From NCBI GenBank assembly GCA_041304525.1, contig JBFYNF010000045.1:7479-71478 (forward strand): a stretch of DNA of 64,000 nt. Direction: 5' to 3'. Both the position numbers and the translations under genes were made by a program. This DNA is from Thermoplasmata archaeon (GTDB lineage Archaea > Thermoplasmatota > Thermoplasmata > UBA10834). The notes under the pieces are model-generated. The model had not been told where the DNA came from, ran no database searches, and worked only from the letters and a program-made list of their open reading frames with translations. Of the stretch, positions 18,218 to 25,284 are shown one piece after another. Every line of letters starts with the position of its first letter. Position 1 is the stretch's first letter.

Positions 18218-19450
18218 CTACCTCTGTGTGCGCTTGGCGGCCGACACGGCTGACAGGTAGTCCTCGATGCGCTTGATACGCATAGACACCTTGGCCACGT
18301 CGTTCGTCAGGGTACCGATCCTGAGGACCAGTTCGTCAGGAACCCTTGGCTCGGGGATTATCGGTATGTCGGGCATTCTGATGTTCTCGGCAATCGACCG
18401 CACCGTGGCGACCTCCTCGACCAGTTCTTCGAACCTGGCGGGGAGGTCGTCCTCGCCCTCCTCTTCCTCCGGGACCCGCAGAAGCTCGATTGTGCTCTTG
18501 AGAGCGGTCACTTCGTCGGCCAAATTCGCGACTGCCGACTGGGTGCCCGAATCCTTCGCAGGTGCATGAGAGGATGCGATAGCCTTGTCTATCTTCCTGT
18601 CCGTTGTGGCCAGTATGACACCGAGCCCCTTGGCGATCTTCTTGTCCAGCTCGATCTTGAAATCGTGGAGTTCTCCCCTCAGATGTTCCTGGACGTCCTC
18701 CAACTTCTCGCCTTGGAGCTTCACGTCCCTGAGCATCGTGGTGAGGTCCGACATGAGGGAGGATGCACCTGACAACGCCTCGAGGTCGTCAGGGTCGAGC
18801 TTACCGCCCGCTGAAGCGATGTTGCAGTGCCTGAGACCGTCGACCATCGCAAGCATGTCCACGGTCGGGCCGCTCCTCTGGACCGCCTGCCTGATCGGCT
18901 CCAATCGGGCCATGACAGTCTCGGCCATCTTCACGGGGTTCTTCGTCCATTCGCCCATGTTGCTGAGCTCGCTCATGGCCTTCTCAAGCTGACGAGTGGC
19001 GTCAACCATGTCCGAACTCTCGATAGCGCGTATGTCCCTAATCGCGTCGCGCCGTCCCTTGGCCACGGCGTCATCCACAGAGAAACCCTCGTGAGGATAC
19101 ACGGTCGCCAGGTAGGACACGCCGGACATCACCTTGCCCATCACGTATTCCCAGTCTTGGCTAGTGACGGCTATCGTCGGCCTCTCGGACTTCTCGAACA
19201 GTAGGCAGAAACTGTCGTTGGGCATGTAGCATGCCTCGATGGAGTAGGGATGGTTCTTGTAGAACACTGGCGGGTGTTCAGGGCTCTCGCTCTGGACTGC
19301 GCCCATATAGGCGCCCATGTATGCCCTCGCGTAATTCGCGAGGTCCACGTCGGTGGGCCCTTTGTCCCTGCGCCCGCTCGGTTCTGCGCTCATATCCGCA
19401 CCAGGCATTGTGTCAACCTGGCTCTCACATGCCGTACTTGCGAAAGGCAA
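18218..19450 (-). CDS. hypothetical coiled-coil protein (410 aa)
   Basis: Long ORF on the same strand as, and 99 nt downstream of, the wHTH gene 19550..19930. The C-terminal half is heptad-like and charged. No motif recognised. Confidence 0.5.
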   Translation of the reverse strand: MPFASTACESQVDTMPGADMSAEPSGRRDKGPTDVDLANYARAYMGAYMGAVQSESPEHPPVFYKNHPYSIEACYMPNDSFCLLFEKSERPTIAVTSQDWEYVMGKVMSGVSYLATVYPHEGFSVDDAVAKGRRDAIRDIRAIESSDMVDATRQLEKAMSELSNMGEWTKNPVKMAETVMARLEPIRQAVQRSGPTVDMLAMVDGLRHCNIASAGGKLDPDDLEALSGASSLMSDLTTMLRDVKLQGEKLEDVQEHLRGELHDFKIELDKKIAKGLGVILATTDRKIDKAIASSHAPAKDSGTQSAVANLADEVTALKSTIELLRVPEEEEGEDDLPARFEELVEEVATVRSIAENIRMPDIPIIPEPRVPDELVLRIGTLTNDVAKVSMRIKRIEDYLSAVSAAKRTQR

Positions 19451-19549
19451 ACTACAGCATGCCGCATCGGGTAGAACGGTGAAATATGTTTCCGGTCGAA
19501 TCTCGGATATGATTATCAGTCCGGACGAGCTCAGCGAGATGCTCTCTGT

Positions 19550-19930
19550 CTACACAGCAGCGGAGGCGATCCAGTCCTCGGACCACTTCACCTGGCCGGT
19601 CCTGAGTTCGAACTTCAGTCGCACCTTGCCGTCATCGAAGAATATCTGGGCGCGTCTGACCTGAGACAGATAGGTCCTTGTCCACTTGCCCTTCTGCGTG
19701 AGGACCTTACCCTCGCATTCCAGGAGTCCTTCTGAAAGGAGAGTGTTGACCCTCCTGTAACCCAGCGTGACTGGTATGTCCAGACGTTGGCACATGTCCT
19801 GGACGGTGCGCGGCCTGTCCCTCGAGTAGATGAGGATCTTGGCCGAGTACTCATCGACCAAGAGCTTGGACAGCTCGTACGCGTTCATCCCAGGTGGCCT
19901 CGACCTTGACAATTCTATGTCATCCGTCAT
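19550..19930 (-). CDS. winged-HTH (ArsR-like) regulator, paralog 1
   Basis: KILIYSRDRPRTVQDMCQRLDIPVTLGYRRVNTLLSEGLLE looks like a wHTH. Alignable along its length with the divergent neighbour 20179..20547. Confidence 0.6.
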   Translation of the reverse strand: MTDDIELSRSRPPGMNAYELSKLLVDEYSAKILIYSRDRPRTVQDMCQRLDIPVTLGYRRVNTLLSEGLLECEGKVLTQKGKWTRTYLSQVRRAQIFFDDGKVRLKFELRTGQVKWSEDWIASAAV

Positions 19931-20178
19931 AAACCATCTGGCTCAATTCCAAGCCGAGACAATCAGAGACGATACACCGCCCTATGAGACAGTTCTGACA
20001 GCAAGGAGTGAGGGACGTATCTGGCCGGCCTGAAAGGACGCCTGTGAGAAGTTCGTGTGATTCTCACCCGTTACAAACAAATCGTGAATTATATATATTG
20101 ACAAAATAGTACCCCTGGACAAGGGATGGGAATAAGCTCTAACTCCCCCCTAACGAGGGGATCCGAACGGCTACCGAA

Positions 20179-20547
20179 TTGGGCATCACAGCGGACGCTA
20201 AGAAGCTGAGTATCGCGCAGATACTCACAGACGAATACAACATGAACATCCTTGCAGCCACGAGCCACAAGGCCCGTAGCGCCAGGGAGCTTGCGTTCAT
20301 GTTCGATATACCACTCGCGAGCTGCTACAGGAAACTGAGGGAGCTCGGGACATCTGGTTTGATCGAGCAGGAAGGCAGCGAGCTCACATCGGATGGGAAG
20401 AGGTACAAGGTGTACCGCTCGATGATAGGGAGCGTGACGATGGTCTACGAGAAGGGCACTCTCCGCATGAAGGTGGACATGAACTTCAGGTCCGCCCCGC
20501 TCGAGATCATCCAGAATATGGCGTTGCCGAAGTCGAGAGAGTTCTGA
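20179..20547 (+). CDS. winged-HTH (ArsR-like) regulator, paralog 2
   Basis: NILAATSHKARSARELAFMFDIPLASCYRKLRELGTSGLIE. Same architecture as paralog 1. A TTG start is needed to keep the full HTH. Confidence 0.55.
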   Translation: MGITADAKKLSIAQILTDEYNMNILAATSHKARSARELAFMFDIPLASCYRKLRELGTSGLIEQEGSELTSDGKRYKVYRSMIGSVTMVYEKGTLRMKVDMNFRSAPLEIIQNMALPKSREF

Positions 20548-20604
20548 TTCTGCGAGAAGATTGTGCCTGCGGAGCCTCCGCAGGAAACCTTTGCATAGTC
20601 ATGC

Positions 20605-20638
20605 CAGCATGTGCGGCCGGCGGCACATGCTGATTTTC
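20605..20638 (+). terminator. hairpin plus T-run downstream of wHTH paralog 2
   Basis: Perfect 10-bp inverted repeat CAGCATGTGC/GCACATGCTG (20605-14 / 20623-32), followed by ATTTTCT. Confidence 0.4.
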
Positions 20639-20737
20639 TAAAAAGAGAATCACACCGGAACCGTCTTCTATTACACATGATAATCATTCATGGCTCTCAG
20701 GGGCGGAAGTAACGCTCCGCGCAGGGCAACGCTTGGA

Positions 20738-20759
20738 CTATCCACAGGGCATGTAGACC
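20738..20759 (+). repeat. archaellin-leader conserved element, copy 1
   Basis: CTATCCACAGGGCATGTAGACC, flanked by complementary CTTGGA/TCCAAG. Lies 161 nt upstream of the flaB1 ATG. Confidence 0.8.
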
Positions 20760-20919
20760 TCCAAGGGAGTGAGCTAGAACAACAACGAAGGCGGATAGGC
20801 CAGGCAGCGGATTCTGGACCCATGTCATAACGGCAGTGCTTCCTCACTACCGTCCTCCAATCCCATGGTCCCAGGACACGATGCCTAGCCTTCCCGCACA
20901 CACCACGGAGGTATGAGAA

Positions 20920-21534
20920 ATGAAGAAGATATCCAAACCCAGAAGGGTGCGGATGGGCGAAGAGGCCGAGATGGGGGTCGGGACATTGCTGATCTTCATC
21001 GCGATGATACTTGTCGCGGCGGTTGCCGCGGGGGTGCTCGTCCAGACCGCGTATGTACTACAGCAGCAGGCGGAGTCGACAGGAGATCAAGCACTGATGG
21101 AAGTGGCAACGGGATTCAGAATACTCGCGGCGTACGGGGTGACGAACCTATCGGTCCCTGAGGTGACCGACCTATACATCAAGATAACCTTGGCGGCAGG
21201 TAGCCCGGTCATCAACCTCGAGCACGTGATCATCGAGATCACGAACGGCGACAACGACGTTTCGCTGGCGTTCAATGTCACTGGCTCTGATGTGGATTAC
21301 TTCGGCGCGACACAGATCAGGGACACCTATCCCACGAACGACTGGACCACTGGCGAGCCGGGGATGACACAAGGCGACATCGCCCTCATCCACGTGAACC
21401 TTAGTGCGAACAGCCTCAGTCTGGCGTCGCAGCAGCAGGCGGACCTGTTGATCATCCCGAAGCACGGCATACCGACATACCTGTCGGTGGTTGCGCCGTC
21501 AGTGCTCTCGAACACCTACGAGAACCTCACCTAG
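20920..21534 (+). CDS. flaB: archaellin (FlaB/ArlB) 1
   Basis: Class III signal peptide and conserved hydrophobic N-terminus EMG|[26 protein letters not shown], followed by a beta-rich domain. Confidence 0.9.
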   Translation: MKKISKPRRVRMGEEAEMGVGTLLIFIAMILVAAVAAGVLVQTAYVLQQQAESTGDQALMEVATGFRILAAYGVTNLSVPEVTDLYIKITLAAGSPVINLEHVIIEITNGDNDVSLAFNVTGSDVDYFGATQIRDTYPTNDWTTGEPGMTQGDIALIHVNLSANSLSLASQQQADLLIIPKHGIPTYLSVVAPSVLSNTYENLT

Positions 21535-21557
21535 AAGGCTTTGAAGGATGTGATTCC

Positions 21558-22019
21558 ATGAACGAGGACGGGGAAGCCGCGTTGGAAGTGATTTCGGTCG
21601 ATTCGAGGACCAACATCATCACGATGCGGTGGCTCTCGTTCCTCATGGACAAGATTGACCCTGAGGCATTGCCTGAGCTGTTCGTCTTCTACAAGAGGAT
21701 AGGGTGGCTGGGAACGCAGGCAGCCGCGTACATGTCTGCGTTGGCCGAAGGGGCGAAGCCCGAAGCGCCTTCTGAAGAGCAGGCGCTGATGGAAGAGGAC
21801 GTCGAAGACCACAACCTCCTGATAAGGAGAGGGACCGATTCCGGAAAGGAACCGATGGTGGAAGAGGTCGACTGGCGGCTGACGCCCGAGGACCACATCA
21901 AGTGCTGGATGTTCATGATGGAGATAGCCGGATTGGACGTCGATAGGAACACTTGGGTAGAGGTCGACGAGCGCATCAGCCGGTTCGAGAGAAGGCTCGC
22001 GGACTACTACAAGGTATGA
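21558..22019 (+). CDS. FlaD/FlaE-family archaellum accessory protein (short form)
   Basis: TMRWLSFLMDKI...FYKRIGWLG...DWRLTPEDHIKCWMFMMEIAGLDVD aligns with the C-terminal FlaD/E domain of 25285..26442. Confidence 0.65.
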   Translation: MNEDGEAALEVISVDSRTNIITMRWLSFLMDKIDPEALPELFVFYKRIGWLGTQAAAYMSALAEGAKPEAPSEEQALMEEDVEDHNLLIRRGTDSGKEPMVEEVDWRLTPEDHIKCWMFMMEIAGLDVDRNTWVEVDERISRFERRLADYYKV

Positions 22020-22151
22020 TACTCTGTAGGTGCTCCGCCGCTGCGCTGAGAGAGGCAAACATACACACAGGGCATCCGAACGTACCTGGACCAGGCTTCG
22101 GCCAAACCCTTTACAATTCTGATTTTCTCCCGTGAAAATCACGGCTGGTCG

Positions 22152-22161
22152 CCTTATATAT
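22152..22161 (+). promoter_or_regulatory. TATA-like box upstream of giant archaellin gene
   Basis: CCTTATATAT lies about 45 nt upstream of element copy 2 and about 205 nt upstream of the ATG. Confidence 0.45.
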
Positions 22162-22202
22162 CAACGGCCCTGATTGAATATCAACAGCCTCCAACGCATC
22201 TC

Positions 22203-22230
22203 GAGGCACTATCCACAGGGCATGTAGACC
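22203..22230 (+). repeat. archaellin-leader conserved element, copy 2 (28-nt form)
   Basis: GAGGCACTATCCACAGGGCATGTAGACC. The 22-nt core is identical to copy 1, and all 28 nt are identical to the reverse complement of copy 3. Confidence 0.8.
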
Positions 22231-22365
22231 GTAGGCTCTCGTCCTCAGGACGAGCTAGTAGGCAGGTCCGTAGGACCTGCCCATTCTGATAGTGTCCCAC
22301 GTTGGTGACCGCTGCAATCCGAACATAGCCACGTTCCATGCCCTCCAAACACGGAGAGGACTGGG

Positions 22366-24087
22366 ATGGGGCTTCGCAAGATCCGACAACTGAGGGCACA
22401 GGACGAAGAAGCCGATATCGGTATCGGTACTCTGATCATCTTCATCGCGATCGTACTAGTGGCGGCCATTGCGGCATCGCTCATACTGTACGCGGCCGCG
22501 CTGCTCCAGGAGCAGGCTGAGAGGACCGCGGACGACGCAGTATCGGAAGTGGCTGGTGGCCTGTCGGTCATCAACATAGCGGGTGACCGAAACCCGGACG
22601 GAGAAGCGTCGACGATAGTCTCGGGATACATGCCGGTGACTGACAACCATGCGCCCATCGGTGGAATACTATGGAATGTCACAGCCTCGACCGACGGGAC
22701 GTCAGTACTAGGGGTTGCCCTGAACTGGACCCCTGCGAACGATTTCGGGTCAGGGTTGTACGAGGAGATCGTGTACCGCACCTCCGTGTACGATCCCACC
22801 AACCCGGCCGTATTCAACGAACAGATCGCAAGGAACCGTCTCTTGACGCTCGACCAGCTGAACCCATCCATGGAGCTCGTCAGGCTCGGCGCGGGTTCCA
22901 GGTCTACCGTCCAATACACTGACTACACCGTTAGGGACGACAACTCGACCTCCTACGCCTACGCCATAGTGGGCGTGGACAGGGCGGGGAACGTCGTACT
23001 CTACACAGCCATCGACAGCTCCACCTCCACGGACGGCTCGTCGCATGACGAGGACCTCGTGCCGCCCTCCGGCGGCTCGATGACGAGCACTGCCAGGCCC
23101 GACGAATATTCAGTGGCGCTGTTCTGGGTGCCTGCGAGTGACGGCGCGAGCGGAATAGATGCTCAGAGGCTGTACAGGACCGAGGGGGCTGTGAGCTCTC
23201 TGCCTATAACCATCCAGGATGGAAGGACCGTGGTGACTGTCCCAGTCACGGTGACACTCTTGGAGGAGTTCAATTCCACCACATCGAGTCACGTCGACGC
23301 TCCCTCTGAGATCGGGGTGTACACGTACTTCATCGTGGTCCGAGACAACGCTGGGAACGAGGAGTTCATCGGCACCCTCAGTTACGACGCGCAGACGGTC
23401 GATTCGAACCCGCCCGAGAACGCAGGGTCGGTATCCGTCAGACAGGCCCCACAGTCAATGAACATATCCTGGACGGAGGCGACCGATGCGCAGACGGCTG
23501 TCTCTTCGTACCTGATCTTCAGGAGCACGAGTATCGGCACCCTTGACACGATTGAAGAGCTCATGACCATGGCGCCGTTGGCGGAGCTCGACTCGAGCGC
23601 CGGGAACTACTCCGACTACTCCGGTACGTCGGGCACGCTCTACTACTACGCAGTCGTGGCAGTCGATTCCGCCGGCAATTACGCTCAGTCCTCGATGCCA
23701 TCCAACACCATACAGATGATCGAGATCAAAGTCAAGACCGTCCCGGGAAGCAGGCCTGTGCAGTTCACGACCATGATGATCGAGATAACCGATGGCATGA
23801 CCGATGTCACCCTGAACTTCAACTCCGGTCAGTTGGGGGCCTCCGGCGCGACCGCCACCATGTTCTCCGCAGAGATCCTGAGGGATCCCGACAGCACCTT
23901 CGCCACCACATTCTCACTCTACGATGGTGCCCTAGTGAAGGTCTTCATCGACGCGGGCGAGATTGGATTGAGCCTGCATGCGGACTCGTCGTTCTCCCTC
24001 AAGTTCATACCGGCAATCGGGCAGCCGACCCTCGAGGAGTGCAGGATACCATACCTCGGTACGTATAGGTACGTAATACTCGTGTGA
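22366..24087 (+). CDS. flaB: giant archaellin (573 aa) with three FN3-like domains inserted
   Basis: Archaellin N-terminus ADIG|IGTLIIFIAIVLVAAIAASL and archaellin-like C-terminal domain (IQMIEIKVKTVPGSRP...ITDGMTDVTLNFN). About 360 aa between them hold three repeats with an FN3-like pattern (L.W.PA.D..SG....YR ... Y.Y.VV.VD.AGN). Confidence 0.8.
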   Translation: MGLRKIRQLRAQDEEADIGIGTLIIFIAIVLVAAIAASLILYAAALLQEQAERTADDAVSEVAGGLSVINIAGDRNPDGEASTIVSGYMPVTDNHAPIGGILWNVTASTDGTSVLGVALNWTPANDFGSGLYEEIVYRTSVYDPTNPAVFNEQIARNRLLTLDQLNPSMELVRLGAGSRSTVQYTDYTVRDDNSTSYAYAIVGVDRAGNVVLYTAIDSSTSTDGSSHDEDLVPPSGGSMTSTARPDEYSVALFWVPASDGASGIDAQRLYRTEGAVSSLPITIQDGRTVVTVPVTVTLLEEFNSTTSSHVDAPSEIGVYTYFIVVRDNAGNEEFIGTLSYDAQTVDSNPPENAGSVSVRQAPQSMNISWTEATDAQTAVSSYLIFRSTSIGTLDTIEELMTMAPLAELDSSAGNYSDYSGTSGTLYYYAVVAVDSAGNYAQSSMPSNTIQMIEIKVKTVPGSRPVQFTTMMIEITDGMTDVTLNFNSGQLGASGATATMFSAEILRDPDSTFATTFSLYDGALVKVFIDAGEIGLSLHADSSFSLKFIPAIGQPTLEECRIPYLGTYRYVILV

Positions 24088-24129
24088 TTCTTGGAAGCCA
24101 GTCGTCCCGGAATCAACGCGGAGCGAATC

Positions 24130-24158
24130 AGGGGTGAGAATCACCCCTAGTAATTTTT
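24130..24158 (+). terminator. hairpin plus T5 terminator after giant archaellin gene
   Basis: AGGGGTGA-GAA-TCACCCCT (8-bp stem), followed by AGTAATTTTT. Confidence 0.55.
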
Positions 24159-24166
24159 CTGAATAT

Positions 24167-24178
24167 TTGTATAATAAT
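24167..24178 (+). promoter_or_regulatory. AT-rich TATA-like region upstream of flaB3 leader
   Basis: TTTGTATAATAA lies within the only AT-rich stretch (24151-24187) of this intergenic region. Confidence 0.4.
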
Positions 24179-24217
24179 GTTTATGACTTGTCCTCTCGAT
24201 AGTAAGGGCTCGAGAGA

Positions 24218-24245
24218 GGTCTACATGCCCTGTGGATAGTGCCTC
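24218..24245 (-). repeat. archaellin-leader conserved element, copy 3 (inverted)
   Basis: The plus strand reads GGTCTACATGCCCTGTGGATAGTGCCTC, the exact reverse complement of copy 2. Flanked by GAGAGG/CCTCTC. Confidence 0.8.
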
Positions 24246-24566
24246 TCAAGCCAACCTTGGGAGGCACATCTCTCTCACTCCCCGCTGTAGGGCACGGCGG
24301 TTGCCTCGGAGGTGAGGCGTGAGGACCTGGTAAACACGATTGACCTGGTTGCCGCCAGAATCGATTGATCGCCCCAGAGCAACGACGTGCCAAGTACGGG
24401 GTACAAAACCGTGTGTTTTGGACCTACATCGAGCAGAGGAAGCTCTCGATGTCCCGCCTGTGGCGGGGGAGCCAGGATCGGCTCTGACGATCCCCGCGCC
24501 GGCAGGTTCGCCGGTCGTCCCTCAGGTACGGAACCTGGGAAAGATGCGAGATTGGAGGAAGAAAGA

Positions 24567-25181
24567 ATGCAGAAACTAGCATGGAAGAAGAGGAAGATGG
24601 AAGAGGAAGGTGAGATGGGTGTTGGTACCCTTCTGATCTTCATCGCCATGATACTCGTAGCCGCTGTGGCCGCGGGTGTACTGGTTCAGACCGCATACAA
24701 GTTGCAGCAACAGGCTGAGAGCACCGGTAACGAGGCACTGCAGGACGTCGCCACGGGCTTCAAGGTCCTGACTGTCTGGGGAACCACGGGCACTGGTGGG
24801 AACATCACTGACGTGTACCTGAAGATCGCCCTTACGGCGGGCAGCCCCGGCATCAACCTTGCAGACGCCAAGATCGAGGTCATACAGACAATCGGCGGAA
24901 CCACTGCCTCTGAAGTGACCCTTGATTATGTGGACGGCGCGCCATCGGCATCGGCGTTCAACGCAACTGTGCTGAGGGACATGGCTCCGTCGACGACTGC
25001 CGCGATGATGACCTCTGGCGACATATTCCAGGTCCACCTTGACCTCGAGACGATGGTCATGGGTCTGGATGTCCAGGAGCAGCTCTCTGTGTTGCTGATG
25101 CCGAAGCACGGTGTCCCAACACTGTGTGAGATAACTGCGCCCTCGACGCTCGAGGCAAGCAGCGTGGTTGTCCTGAAGTAG
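24567..25181 (+). CDS. flaB: archaellin (FlaB/ArlB) 3
   Basis: ATG at 24567 preceded by [26 protein letters not shown]|[26 protein letters not shown] is identical in protein to flaB1 over the N-terminal helix. Both are 204 aa. Confidence 0.9.
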   Translation: MQKLAWKKRKMEEEGEMGVGTLLIFIAMILVAAVAAGVLVQTAYKLQQQAESTGNEALQDVATGFKVLTVWGTTGTGGNITDVYLKIALTAGSPGINLADAKIEVIQTIGGTTASEVTLDYVDGAPSASAFNATVLRDMAPSTTAAMMTSGDIFQVHLDLETMVMGLDVQEQLSVLLMPKHGVPTLCEITAPSTLEASSVVVLK

Positions 25182-25203
25182 AGACACAAGCCTCTGCGAA
25201 CCC

Positions 25204-25255
25204 GTCAGGGCATCACCAAACCCCTCCCTTTCTGGGAGGGGGATGGTGCCCTGAC
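25204..25255 (+). other. long imperfect hairpin between flaB3 and flaC/D/E
   Basis: GTCAGGG..CACC..CCCCTCCC-TTTCTG-GGGAGGGG..GGTG-CCCTGAC, giving 7+4+8 bp with small internal loops. Confidence 0.4.
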
Positions 25256-25284
25256 TAGAGAGCACGGGGAAATGGTGTAAGGAA

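Noticed and set aside
20671-20901. Small minus-strand ORFs across the archaellin leaders (20671..20901, 22181..22399, 24181..24393) sharing a peptide such as STCPVDS
   Set aside because: The shared peptide is simply the translation of the conserved nucleotide element. Copy 3 is in the opposite orientation, the ORFs are otherwise unrelated, and they lack starts or RBSs in a comparable position.
24387-24566. N-terminal 60-aa extension of flaB3 in the track ORF (24387..25181)
   Set aside because: The extension has Arg/Gly/Pro-rich junk composition. The ATG at 24567 has a GGAGGAAG RBS and gives a 204-aa product collinear with flaB1. The region is better explained as a long structured leader.
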